Shown: in pieces, positions 9,612 through 19,103 of the stretch
Layout of the letters: each line of letters starts with the position of its first letter
Numbering within the stretch: position 1 is the first letter of the stretch
NCBI GenBank assembly: GCA_050916045.1
Contig: CP051526.1
Coordinates: 3,776,001-3,840,000 of the forward strand
Length of the DNA stretch: 64,000 nucleotides
Direction of reading: 5' to 3'
From: Tepidisphaera sp.
Lineage (GTDB): Bacteria; Planctomycetota; Phycisphaerae; Phycisphaerales; UBA1924
Position numbers and translations under genes: made by a program
Notes under the pieces: generated by a model
Databases searched by the model: none
What the model was told of the DNA's origin: nothing
What the model saw: only the letters and a program-made list of their open reading frames with translations

Positions 9612-10967
9612 ATGATCGCCCAATCGCTCACCATCGCCCGCAACGCCTTCGTGGAAAGCCTGCGCCAACCCGCGATGCTCTTTCTGGTCATTGGCTCGGG
9701 CGTCGTCCAGGTGCTCATCCCCTGGATGACCGGTTTCGCCATGGGCCAGGAAGAGTCCGGCGAACTCGAGGGCGACAACAAGCTTCAGTTCGACATCGGT
9801 CTCTCCTCCGTCTTCGTCATCGCGACGATCCTCGCGGCGTTCATCGCCACGACCACCCTCTCGCGCGAAATCGAGAACAAAACGGCCCTCACGGTTGTCA
9901 GCAAGCCCATCGGCCGCCCGACGGTCGTGGTCGGCAAGTACCTCGGTGTGTCAGCCGCGCTGCTGATTGCGCTGGGGTCGATGATCATTTTCCTTCTGGT
10001 TTCGGTCCGCCACGGCGTGCTTTCGAACGCTTCAGACCAGCTGGACATGCCCGCGATCGTCTTTCCGCTTGCTGCGGTTCTGATCGCGCTGGTCGGTTCC
10101 GGATGGCTGAACTTCTTCTACGGGTGGAACTTCCCGCAAACCTCGGTCTCCATGCTCTTTCCGCTGCTCATCGTGGCGTTCGGACTGGTCATGGCGTTCG
10201 ACAAGACGTGGGCGAGCCAGGAGTGGTTCCACGACTTCAAGCCGCAGGTGACGGTCGCGGCGCTCGCGCTGACGCTGGCCGTGCTCGTGCTGACCAGCAT
10301 CGCGGTGGCGGCATCGACGCGACTCAGCCAGGTCATGACGGTTTTCGTCTGCCTGGGTGTTTTCCTGGCTTCACTTCTGACCAACCACTTCCTCGGGCGG
10401 TTCGCTTTCAGCAACTCGCCGATCGGAATCGTGGCTTCGGCCGAGCCGACGGACCTGACCCGCGGCGCCTTTGACCGCTCGGGAGACATGTACACGATCG
10501 AGCTCATCCGTCCGCCGAACGAGCCCCTCAAGCCCGGCACGCCGATCTACTACGGCATCAACGGGAACGGGTTTGATCTGGTCGCGTCCAAATACGAGCC
10601 GTTCACCGGCGACGCGTCCAAATCCGAGGACACCCTGGGGATCAACGCTCCCGCCGCCATCATCGTGACCTCGGCGACCGAGAAGAGCATCACGATCCGC
10701 AACATCGGGTATGAGGGTGTCCCGGTGAGCCGTCCCCCCCAGCCCCGCGACTACTTCTTCACCCAGCCGACCAAAGCCAACGCTTTCGCGATGGTCCCCT
10801 GGTCGGTCCTGCCCAACATGCACTACTTCTGGCTTTTGGACGCCGTCAGCCAGAACCAGCCGGTCCCTGTGTCGTACTTGGCCAGAGCGGCGATCTACGC
10901 CGCGTTCCAGGTGGGGGCCTTCCTCGCGCTGGCCGTCATCCTGTTCCAGAAACGGGATGTCGGCTGA
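9612..10967 (+). CDS. ABC transporter permease (second subunit); start moved to ATG 9612
   Basis: MIAQSLTIARNAFVESLRQP...SREIENKTALTVVSKPIGRPTVVVGKYLG...LFQKRDVG; same family motifs as 1209-3170. Confidence 0.8.
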   Translation: MIAQSLTIARNAFVESLRQPAMLFLVIGSGVVQVLIPWMTGFAMGQEESGELEGDNKLQFDIGLSSVFVIATILAAFIATTTLSREIENKTALTVVSKPIGRPTVVVGKYLGVSAALLIALGSMIIFLLVSVRHGVLSNASDQLDMPAIVFPLAAVLIALVGSGWLNFFYGWNFPQTSVSMLFPLLIVAFGLVMAFDKTWASQEWFHDFKPQVTVAALALTLAVLVLTSIAVAASTRLSQVMTVFVCLGVFLASLLTNHFLGRFAFSNSPIGIVASAEPTDLTRGAFDRSGDMYTIELIRPPNEPLKPGTPIYYGINGNGFDLVASKYEPFTGDASKSEDTLGINAPAAIIVTSATEKSITIRNIGYEGVPVSRPPQPRDYFFTQPTKANAFAMVPWSVLPNMHYFWLLDAVSQNQPVPVSYLARAAIYAAFQVGAFLALAVILFQKRDVG

Positions 10968-11036
10968 ACCGGGGCGGCCTTGCCGGGGATATAATCTCTT
11001 GATCTGCAAGCCCAAGGCGGGCAAGGAGTTGAGTCC

Positions 11037-11348
11037 ATGGAACGCAAGTCGCTGATGCGCGGCATCGATGTGCCCGACACCAAAGCCGACAAAAAGGCGA
11101 AAGAGAAGAGCGGCGATGGCATCCCCCCCGCCAAGATCGCTTTGGTCGTCGTCTGCTTCCTCATCGGTGGAGCGGGCATCGCGTACAGCGCCGGCCTCTT
11201 TGACGGCAAGCCCGTTCACAACAACAAGGTCGTCTCCCCCACCGGCGACACCCTGACGCCCGAAGCCGAGAAGCGCATCGAAGAGCGCAAGAAGAAGATG
11301 GAACTGCCCGAAGGGCACCCCCAGAAGCCGGTCATCGGCGCCAGCTGA
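11037..11348 (+). CDS. Small single-TM hypothetical protein
   Basis: AAGGAG RBS upstream; one hydrophobic segment IALVVVCFLIGGAGIAY. Confidence 0.6.
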   Translation: MERKSLMRGIDVPDTKADKKAKEKSGDGIPPAKIALVVVCFLIGGAGIAYSAGLFDGKPVHNNKVVSPTGDTLTPEAEKRIEERKKKMELPEGHPQKPVIGAS

Positions 11349-11354
11349 TCCGCT

Positions 11355-11762
11355 TCAAACGTACCGATACTCGATCGGAGCATCGACCTCCGGGTGCAAG
11401 CTCGCATGCACCGGGCAGGTATGCCCCACGCGCTCCAGACGCTCACGCATCTCCGCGGGCACCGAAGCCGGCATGGTCACGACCACCGGAAGCCGGGCGA
11501 TCCGCCGGGGGGCCGGCGGCTGCGTCATGTGCTTCTCGACCGTTGCGCTCGCTCCGGTCAGGTCGATCCCGTGACGCTCGGCGAACATCGCCATCGTCGT
11601 CAGGATGCACGAAGCCAGTCCCGAAGCCACCAGATCCGTCGGGCTGAACGCCGAAGCGTCACCGCCGATGTCCTTGGGGGCATCCGTTCGAAGCTTCGGC
11701 CCCTCGGGGTGCGTCAGGTCACACTTCTTGTTGCCGGCGTACCGGACCGCGATCGTGAGCAT
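11355..11762 (-). CDS. OsmC/Ohr family protein
   Basis: LRTDAPKDIGG..FSPTDLVASGLASC and TCPVHASL (two conserved Cys); ATG 11762 is preceded by TACGCT. Confidence 0.9.
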   Translation of the reverse strand: MLTIAVRYAGNKKCDLTHPEGPKLRTDAPKDIGGDASAFSPTDLVASGLASCILTTMAMFAERHGIDLTGASATVEKHMTQPPAPRRIARLPVVVTMPASVPAEMRERLERVGHTCPVHASLHPEVDAPIEYRYV

Positions 11763-11774
11763 CCGCAAGCGTAC

Positions 11775-12692
11775 TCACGACTCGGTCGTGTCGTACTGGG
11801 CCGCGTACACCCCTGTCCGAAGCCAGCGAAGCTGCCGGACAATGTCGTTGCACAGCGTGCTCGCGCCAAACCGGAACAAGTCCGGCGTCAGCCAGGCGTC
11901 GCCCAGCGTCTCCTTCACCATGACGAGGTAGTGCAACGCCTGCTTGGCCGTGCGGATCCCGCCCGCGGGCTTCATCCCGACCTTCAGGCCGGTTTCCTCG
12001 TGCCAGTCGCGGATCGCTTCCAGCATGACGAGCGTCACGGGCATTGTCGCTGCGGGCTGGACCTTTCCCGTGCTCGTCTTGATGAAATCCGCTCCGTGCG
12101 CGTGCTTCACGCCCACCTCGCTCATGGCGCGGATCGCGAGGTCGCTGGCGCGGCGGACCTGGTCGAGGGTTTCAAGCTCGCCGGTCTCGAGGATCACCTT
12201 GAGGTGGGCGTGGCCGCACGCGACCTTGATCTGGCGGATCTCCTCGGCGACCTCGTCGTACCGCCCGGCGAGAAACGCTCCGCGGTTGATCACCATGTCG
12301 ATTTCGTCAGCCCCGTCCGCGACCGCTCGGCGGACATCTTCGAGCCGGACCTCAAGCGGGTACTGCCCGCTCGGAAACCCCGTCGCGACCGACGCGATAT
12401 GGATCCCGGTGCCATCGAGCTCTTCACGACAGACCGCGACGAGGTTCGGATACACGCAGACGGCGGCGGCTTGCGGGAGCGAGCGGTCGTCCGGGTCGGG
12501 GGTCTGGGCTTTGCGGCAGAGAGCCCGAGCTTTCTCCGGCGAGTCCTTCCCCTCCAGGGTGGTCAGGTCGACCATCGAGAGCGCGAGCCGGAGCCCGGAA
12601 GCCTTCGCGGAGGACTTGATCGAGCGCTTCGTGAACGAAGCCGCTCGCTCGGTGGCCATGACTGGATCGACGGTGGGGCTGGCGTAGGCCAT
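11775..12692 (-). CDS. deoC: Deoxyribose-phosphate aldolase
   Basis: VDLTTLEG, AVCVYP, VATGFPSG, GADEIDMVI, LKVILETG, DFIKTSTGK, KPAGGIR, RFGAS. Confidence 0.97.
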   Translation of the reverse strand: MAYASPTVDPVMATERAASFTKRSIKSSAKASGLRLALSMVDLTTLEGKDSPEKARALCRKAQTPDPDDRSLPQAAAVCVYPNLVAVCREELDGTGIHIASVATGFPSGQYPLEVRLEDVRRAVADGADEIDMVINRGAFLAGRYDEVAEEIRQIKVACGHAHLKVILETGELETLDQVRRASDLAIRAMSEVGVKHAHGADFIKTSTGKVQPAATMPVTLVMLEAIRDWHEETGLKVGMKPAGGIRTAKQALHYLVMVKETLGDAWLTPDLFRFGASTLCNDIVRQLRWLRTGVYAAQYDTTES

Positions 12693-12701
12693 AGGCGAAT
12701 T

Positions 12702-13622
12702 CTAGGGTTGGAGCGATTCGTGGCCCGTCGACCCCCCCAGGCCGGCGAGAAACTCGGCGACCGCCCGCTCAGCGATCTCCGCCGGTCCCGGCGGGTTCCA
12801 CACGCCGACGTGATCCGCTCCGGGAATACAGACGAGCCGCCCGCATGCCGCCGAAGAAGCGATCGCTCGCCCATCCGCCACCGGCGAGATCTCGTCAAGT
12901 TCGCCATGCAGGACAAGAAGCGGCACCGCCAGATTCGCTGCATGCGACGCACGATCGAAAGCCGCCGGCGCGAGTCGGCCAGACACGCCCAGCCCCACCC
13001 ACCACAGCGCCACCGGCAGGTTCCACCGGTACGGCATCGCCGAAGCCGCGAGGACCGCCGCGGCCGGTGTCGCCGGCAACCGGTACGGCGCTTCGGCGAT
13101 CACCCCCACCACGCCAGCGGGTTTGCTCGCCGCGGCTTCGATCGAAACTCCCGCTCCGAGCGAGAACCCGTACAGGACGACACGCTGGCCCTCGGGAAGT
13201 GTCTTGAGAAGCGACAGGAGGGCTCCCGCTTCCACCGCCCCAAGCCCGCACCGACCGGGAGCATCCCCGTGGCCGGGAAGGTCCCAGACGACGACCCGGG
13301 AAGCGTGCTTGGCCAGCACGTCGGCGCGGGCGAGCATCGTCACCCGCGAATCTCCCCAGCCGTGCGTCACGACGACGACGGGGCCCTCGGGAACATCACC
13401 CGTGATGTCCCACGCGGGCAAGTTGAGGCCCGACCATTCGAGCGACCATTCGCGGAAGACCCGCGGCTTGGCGAGTTCGCCCGGATCGCCCGGGCGACCG
13501 CGAGCGACCGCCCACGAATACGTCCGGCTTGGAGGACTCCTGAGCACGCGCACCGTCTCGCTCACGCCGATGAAGCATGCGATCAGCAATCCGACGAGCA
13601 GAAGCACGGCAAGTCCGAGCAC
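12702..13622 (-). CDS. Alpha/beta hydrolase with N-terminal membrane anchor
   Basis: HGWG oxyanion motif, GFSLG nucleophile elbow, HGELD and GADH. Confidence 0.85.
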   Translation of the reverse strand: MLGLAVLLLVGLLIACFIGVSETVRVLRSPPSRTYSWAVARGRPGDPGELAKPRVFREWSLEWSGLNLPAWDITGDVPEGPVVVVTHGWGDSRVTMLARADVLAKHASRVVVWDLPGHGDAPGRCGLGAVEAGALLSLLKTLPEGQRVVLYGFSLGAGVSIEAAASKPAGVVGVIAEAPYRLPATPAAAVLAASAMPYRWNLPVALWWVGLGVSGRLAPAAFDRASHAANLAVPLLVLHGELDEISPVADGRAIASSAACGRLVCIPGADHVGVWNPPGPAEIAERAVAEFLAGLGGSTGHESLQP

Positions 13623-13673
13623 GCCCGAGCGTAGCCGCCCGCCGCCGCGCGAACCGCCGCGACGCTGGCGGCT

Positions 13674-15818
13674 TCACATCCCGAAAAGTCGCTTGACATC
13701 GTTGAACGTGACCAGCAGGAACATCGCGCCCAGGAACACGAGACCCGCGATCGAGACCATCTCCTGAGCCTTGAGCGGCAGCGGCCTTCCGCGGATCTGC
13801 TCGTAAAGGATCATCAGGAACTGGCCGCCGTCCACGATCGGCAGGGGCAGGAAGTTCACCACGGCGAGGTTCACGGAGATCAGCGCGAGGAAGAACAAGA
13901 GCCACATCGTCCCGCGGGCGGCGATCAGCGTGCCCACGTGCGCGATCCCCACCGGGCCCTGCAGGTGCTCAACCTTGACCGTGCCTTCGAAAAGCCGGGC
14001 GAAGGTGATGTACGTCTGAAGCATCACGCGGCGGGTCTCGCGAAGCCCAAGCCGAAGCGCGTCCGCCGGGGAAGCGGCCCGAAGCATCACTTCTTCGCTT
14101 CCGAAAATCCCCAGGCCGGTCGGCGCTTGCCAACCAAGCTTGTGAAGACGGACGGCGTCCGCGGCGGGGATGAGCCATGTCACCTCGCGGCGCGGGCTTC
14201 CCGGAGCGGGCAGTTCGATCGTGAGGTTGATGACGGTGGACTCGGCCGCGTCGGGCTTGGTGGCTTTGAGAAGCGCGGCGCGGATCTGGCCGAAGTTCGA
14301 GACCGGCTCACCCGCAACCGCGACGATTCTGGAGCCGGGCCGCAGATCCAGGGCTTTCGCAGCCGGGGCCGGCCCGACCTTGGCGGGTTCGCGGAGCGTG
14401 ACGAACCCCTCCGGCGCGGCGGCGATGTAGGTCCCCGTGTCCGCCGTCGTGCCGGGGTTGAATCCGATGCGCCCCTCGCTATTCACCGGCGCGATCAGAT
14501 CAACCGCGCGAAGCCCGCCCTCGCCGTCGGCACGGAGCACGGTGATCGGGATCTCCTTCTTGGTCGAATGGCCCTGAATCTCCGCCATCCCCTGCGAGAG
14601 GTTCGGGAACTCGATCGTGCCGAGCCGAGCGAAGATATCGCCGGCGCGAAGGCCGACCCGCTCGGAATCCTGCGGCTGGATCCGCGCGACCGTCATCACG
14701 GGCATCAGCCCAAGGAGATGCTGAACGGATTCGGGGGCGTCAAGCCGCCCGCGGACCAGGTCCTGCTCGAGCTTGGCGACGGGCGGCACGCTGATGTCGA
14801 TGCGGGAGCCCGTACCATCCACAAACGAGAGCGCCACGGGCATGCCGCCCGAAGCACGGAACGCTTCGGAGTATCGGGCGCCGGGGAGTTCCGCATCCGC
14901 GGGCGCACCCGGGGGCAGTTCGAACGACCCCGCTCGCACCAGACGCATCCCGGGCCGCACGCCCACGAGGCCCAAGCGGTCCAGCTCGGTGCCGAACCTC
15001 TCGTTCTCCTCGTTCGTGCCGATCCTGGGAATCTCGCCCGATCTCGGAGCGTCAAGCCCCAAGCCGAGCAAGCCCGTCAGACGGTCGACCTCCGGCACGA
15101 TCGAGAACCGCATCGGAGCCGGCAGGCCCTCTCGCTCGACGACCAGCGAAAGCGGCACGCCCCGGCGGGCCATGGTGGCCGCGAGCATCACGTCGCTGAA
15201 GGAATTGGGTCGCTCGCCGTTGATCAGCGCGATCGTGTCGCCCGGACGAAGGTGCGCATCCTCGGGCTTGAGGCTCAGCTCGGCGGCGTTGGAGGCGATC
15301 GCGTTGGCCGCGGGGCGGCCCGGCTCGATGTCGCCGATCGCCGCCGGCATGACGGGCAGACCCGCGCTGAAGACGATGACGAAAAGCACCGCGGCGGTGA
15401 TGATGTTCATCACCACGCCCGCCGAAATGACTATCATCCGCTTCCACGGCGCACAACGCTGGTAGCTGTCGGACTCGTCGCTGATCGCCGTCGGGTCCGC
15501 ATCGTCCTGCCCAAGCATGCGCACGTACCCGCCGATGGGAAGCCAGTTCAGCCGGTACTCCGTCGGGCTCAGACCCCGCTGACCGGAAGCTTGCCGGGCG
15601 AAAGCCTCGCGCTCGCTGGAACCTCGCCGCCATCCCAGCCCGGGGCGATACGACACCACCGCAGGGCCCATCCCGATCGCGAACGCGAGCACACGGATCC
15701 CCGCCCACCGCGCCGCGAGAAAGTGCCCCAACTCGTGCACGAAAATGATCGAACTGAATCCGAACACCACGAGCAGGAAGTTCATCAGGGTGACAAGCGG
15801 GCCCAAAAGGGATTCCAT
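13674..15818 (-). CDS. rseP: Site-2 (M50) RIP metalloprotease with PDZ domains
   Basis: HELGH zinc motif, LPIGGYVRM, AGVVMN, NFLPLPIVDGG; ATG 15818. Confidence 0.9.
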   Translation of the reverse strand: MESLLGPLVTLMNFLLVVFGFSSIIFVHELGHFLAARWAGIRVLAFAIGMGPAVVSYRPGLGWRRGSSEREAFARQASGQRGLSPTEYRLNWLPIGGYVRMLGQDDADPTAISDESDSYQRCAPWKRMIVISAGVVMNIITAAVLFVIVFSAGLPVMPAAIGDIEPGRPAANAIASNAAELSLKPEDAHLRPGDTIALINGERPNSFSDVMLAATMARRGVPLSLVVEREGLPAPMRFSIVPEVDRLTGLLGLGLDAPRSGEIPRIGTNEENERFGTELDRLGLVGVRPGMRLVRAGSFELPPGAPADAELPGARYSEAFRASGGMPVALSFVDGTGSRIDISVPPVAKLEQDLVRGRLDAPESVQHLLGLMPVMTVARIQPQDSERVGLRAGDIFARLGTIEFPNLSQGMAEIQGHSTKKEIPITVLRADGEGGLRAVDLIAPVNSEGRIGFNPGTTADTGTYIAAAPEGFVTLREPAKVGPAPAAKALDLRPGSRIVAVAGEPVSNFGQIRAALLKATKPDAAESTVINLTIELPAPGSPRREVTWLIPAADAVRLHKLGWQAPTGLGIFGSEEVMLRAASPADALRLGLRETRRVMLQTYITFARLFEGTVKVEHLQGPVGIAHVGTLIAARGTMWLLFFLALISVNLAVVNFLPLPIVDGGQFLMILYEQIRGRPLPLKAQEMVSIAGLVFLGAMFLLVTFNDVKRLFGM

Positions 15819-15894
15819 GGAGGATGCTATCGGCCACCGGTCGCTCCGGACGCCCGTTTGGAGCAACCCGCGGGCGGAAAGCGGCGACAACAGA

Positions 15895-15931
15895 CAAAAA
15901 AGAGGCCGGGCCGGAAGAGTTCCGGCCCGGC
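15895..15931 (-). terminator. Intrinsic terminator after the redoxin gene
   Basis: Stem GCCGGGCCGGAA/TTCCGGCCCGGC followed by a T-run on the minus strand. Confidence 0.65.
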
Positions 15932-15968
15932 GCGAGAATCGAGAGAAGCCGGAGAGCCGGCGTCTGGC

Positions 15969-16628
15969 TTACTTCTTCTTGCCGTACTTGACGCCACAGC
16001 CGTAGGGCTTGGTGGAGGAGGTCGTCACGGCCTTGCCCGCAAGGAGCTCATCGACGGCTTTGCTGACGTAGTTGGTCTTGCCGACCTTGGCGCCCGAGTC
16101 GTCGTCGATCGCGCCGGTGTAGGCGATCTTGCCGTCGGTGCCGATCACGAAGCACTGGGGGGTGTTCGTCGCGCCGTACGCGCGGCCCGTCTCGCCGGAC
16201 TCGTCCAGGGCGATGGGGAACTCGATCTTCCAGTCCTTCTTCTTCTTGGCGTTGGTCTCCTTGCCGGAGCCCTGCTCGCCGGGAGCGTTGCTGTTGATCG
16301 CGACGATGGAGACCTTCTTGTCCTTGTACGCGGCCGCCATGTCGTTGAAGGTGTTGCCGCCCTTCTCAAAGTGCTTGACCACGAACGGGCACTCGGGGTT
16401 GAACCAGAAGACGACCACGATCTTGCCGTCTTTGCGGAGATCGTCGAGTTTCACGTCTTTCCCGTCGGTGTCTTTCAGCGAGAACGAGGGAGCAGCGTCG
16501 CCGACCGCGAGAGCCTTCTTGGTCTCTTCCTTCTTGTCGCCCGGCTGGGTGAAGCCCGGGAGGACAAGCGCGGTGGTCGCGAGGGTGCCGATGGTGAACA
16601 ACGCGAGAAGAGTCTTGGCCTTGGCCAT
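15969..16628 (-). CDS. Exported thioredoxin/peroxiredoxin-like (redoxin) protein
   Basis: Signal peptide; VGDAAPSFSLKD, WFNPECPFV, YGATNTP, YTGAIDD, PYGCGVKY. Confidence 0.88.
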   Translation of the reverse strand: MAKAKTLLALFTIGTLATTALVLPGFTQPGDKKEETKKALAVGDAAPSFSLKDTDGKDVKLDDLRKDGKIVVVFWFNPECPFVVKHFEKGGNTFNDMAAAYKDKKVSIVAINSNAPGEQGSGKETNAKKKKDWKIEFPIALDESGETGRAYGATNTPQCFVIGTDGKIAYTGAIDDDSGAKVGKTNYVSKAVDELLAGKAVTTSSTKPYGCGVKYGKKK

Positions 16629-16724
16629 GGAAATGCTCCGAGAAACCGAACATCCGCCGCCGACGAGCGACACGCCCGAAGCCGAGCGGAGTTCAAGGTC
16701 AGATCGTCACGAACCATACGATGC

Positions 16725-17609
16725 CTACCGCGGGGCGGGAGTTCCGTCGGCATCGGCTCCGGGGCTGGTTTTCGGGTCCTTTTCTGCGTTTTTCTCCGGT
16801 TTTGGCGTTGTGTTCACGTGGTAGTGCTTCGCGGACTTGCCACTGCCGACCGACAGAATACCGATTATGGGGGTGCCAGTGCGCAATTTCGACCGATCGA
16901 CCTTTAGCGCCGCGGTCAGCGTTTCGCCCTTCGAGGTGGCACCGTTGGCCAGGTCGCTCAACTCGGCGGAGGACTCGTGAGGCATGAAAGCGATCGCGTC
17001 CGCTCCGGGAGCGGTGAAGGTCACGGATTTCGCGGCGACTTCGACCTTGATGGAGCCGTCCTTGGGGAGGGGCTGGGGGAGTGCGGCCCGGGCGGCTTCG
17101 ATGACCGACTTGCCCGAAGCGGGCTTGGCGTCCGCGCGACGCTCGACGACCCGGACCTCGGCTTTGACCGTGCCGCCGCCGATCCGGCAGACGCTGGCGC
17201 ACTCCATCCATTCGACGGGGAGCTCAATCGTCAGGGTCTGGCCGGGCTTGACCGTGGGCGCGATCGTGACGGGCAGGAGCAGGACGGCTTGCTTTTCGTA
17301 GATGTGGTCGACGATGTCGCCCGGGAGCGCGTGGCGATGCGGCACGGGCCAAGCGATCTCGCCGAGGCTGACACCCTCGGGCAATTTGCTGGTGTCGAAC
17401 TTGGGCGGCTGCCCGGTGTCGTTCTGGCCGGCCCAGTAAATGTGCCAGTCCTTGTCGATGTCGAAGACAGCGGCGAGGGTGAGCGTGCCCCCGGGTTCGA
17501 TCCCGTCAAACTCAGAAACAAGCTTCGCTCTCACGTGGTCCTCGTCGGCGGGGGGCATCGGGGCGACGCAGGCGAGAGCCGGAACGATCAGGGCGAGGAT
17601 CGGAAGCAT
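16725..17609 (-). CDS. DsbD N-terminal-domain (protein-disulfide reductase-like) exported protein
   Basis: DWHIYWAGQNDTGQPP, IAWPVPHR and WMECASVC. Confidence 0.75.
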   Translation of the reverse strand: MLPILALIVPALACVAPMPPADEDHVRAKLVSEFDGIEPGGTLTLAAVFDIDKDWHIYWAGQNDTGQPPKFDTSKLPEGVSLGEIAWPVPHRHALPGDIVDHIYEKQAVLLLPVTIAPTVKPGQTLTIELPVEWMECASVCRIGGGTVKAEVRVVERRADAKPASGKSVIEAARAALPQPLPKDGSIKVEVAAKSVTFTAPGADAIAFMPHESSAELSDLANGATSKGETLTAALKVDRSKLRTGTPIIGILSVGSGKSAKHYHVNTTPKPEKNAEKDPKTSPGADADGTPAPR

Positions 17610-17714
17610 GGGAACCTCCAGATGACCCGATGTGGGGAGGGCCGACGGAATCCGCTGGCCCGGCCCGCGATGGGTGCGAACACTACCGGCATGGTAGATG
17701 CACACCGCTCCTCG

Positions 17715-18281
17715 ATGTTCCAGAACCGCGCCACGGGTTTTCGCATGCTGGCCCGGTCCGGCTTGGCCGTGATGATGGTCCTCCTCGTGATGGTCACCGG
17801 GGTCGGCTGCTCGACGGGCCCTTCGGATGCGGACATCAAGACGATCAAGATCGCTCCGTTCCGGGCGTTGGTGGAGGAATCAAAGACCAAGCCGGGTCAG
17901 ATCCTCATCATCGATGCGCGGTCGGCCGACGAGTATCGGGCTTCGCACGTCGAAGGCGCCAGGAACCTCCGGGCCGATCAGCTCCGCCCGGAAAGCCCGG
18001 TCTTCTCGCAGCTCACCGGGTACGAGACGATCGTGGTGTACGGCGCCGACCCGGCGAGCGGGTCGGCCAAGCAGGCGACCAAGCGCCTCATGGAGTACGC
18101 GGAGGGAAACATCCTGTGGTTCCAGGGCGGGATGAAGTTCTGGAAAGCCGCGGGCTATCCGGTGGTCGAGAACGCGCCGAGCGGCCCTCGTCCGGTGGAC
18201 ATTTCTCCCTCGACATCGCTCCCGCCGCTTCAGCAGCCGCAGCCGGCGGCGATCCCGTCCGGGCTTCCGACGCCGCGCTGA
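17715..18281 (+). CDS. Rhodanese-like domain lipoprotein; start uncertain (17715 or 17745)
   Basis: IIDARSADEYRASHVEGARN, IVVYG, FQGGMKFWKAAGYPV; lipobox-like GVGC. Confidence 0.75.
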   Translation: MFQNRATGFRMLARSGLAVMMVLLVMVTGVGCSTGPSDADIKTIKIAPFRALVEESKTKPGQILIIDARSADEYRASHVEGARNLRADQLRPESPVFSQLTGYETIVVYGADPASGSAKQATKRLMEYAEGNILWFQGGMKFWKAAGYPVVENAPSGPRPVDISPSTSLPPLQQPQPAAIPSGLPTPR

Positions 18282-18282
18282 A

Positions 18283-19002
18283 TCACATGCCGCCGACGGG
18301 GATGGGCTCATCGCTCATCGCCATGCGGACGGTCTGTTCGGCGAGGATGTCGACGGCGTCGTAGATGCGGATGGGGCAGTTCTCGGCGGTGACCACCATC
18401 GGGGCTTCGGAGCATCCGAGGATGACGCCTTCGCAGCCGCGTTTGGCGAGGGCGTTGACGATGTTGAGCACGGCGGTTTGCGAAGACGGCTTGAACTTGC
18501 CGTAGATCAGTTCCTCGAAGATGATGTTCTCGAGGGTGTCGCACTCAAACTCGGAGGGGATCTCGACGCGGATGCCGCGGAGGCCCAGGAGGGTCTGGTA
18601 CGCGGCTCCCTGCATGACCATTTTGGTGCCGATGAGGCCGACGTGCTTCTGACCGACGTTCTGCACGCTTTGAGCGACGAGGGTCGCGGGGTTGACGAGG
18701 GGGATGGGTGAGCCCGCCTGTGCGAGCGGCAGCGCGTGGATGACGACCTGATCGGGCGTCACGCCGAATTGAGCGCCGCCCTTGGCGAGGATCTCGGCGG
18801 ATCTGCGGAGCAGATTTCCGACGCCCATCCAGTCGTGGTGGTGGATGGCGGCGATGTAGTCGGCGAGCCGCTCGTTGTGGAGCGTGATGACGGGGTGCTT
18901 TTCGGGGGGGAGGAGCTTGCCCGCGTGCCGAGCGACCTGGCGGAAGAAGAGGGACGCGCCCTCTGGGCTGGCGCCGATGATGCCGATGTGCCGGGTCGTC
19001 AT
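18283..19002 (-). CDS. Aspartate/glutamate racemase family protein
   Basis: HIGIIG, VGLIGTKMVM, IIFEELIYG, GVILGCSE. Confidence 0.8.
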   Translation of the reverse strand: MTTRHIGIIGASPEGASLFFRQVARHAGKLLPPEKHPVITLHNERLADYIAAIHHHDWMGVGNLLRRSAEILAKGGAQFGVTPDQVVIHALPLAQAGSPIPLVNPATLVAQSVQNVGQKHVGLIGTKMVMQGAAYQTLLGLRGIRVEIPSEFECDTLENIIFEELIYGKFKPSSQTAVLNIVNALAKRGCEGVILGCSEAPMVVTAENCPIRIYDAVDILAEQTVRMAMSDEPIPVGGM

Positions 19003-19103
19003 GCGGAAGGTCCTTGAGGATCGCTCGGGGCTGAGACGATCAAGTGTCTGGAACGCGGGGGGCGAGGTCAACCCCGCGAGCGGAGCGGGCAGTACAGTGG
19101 TGC

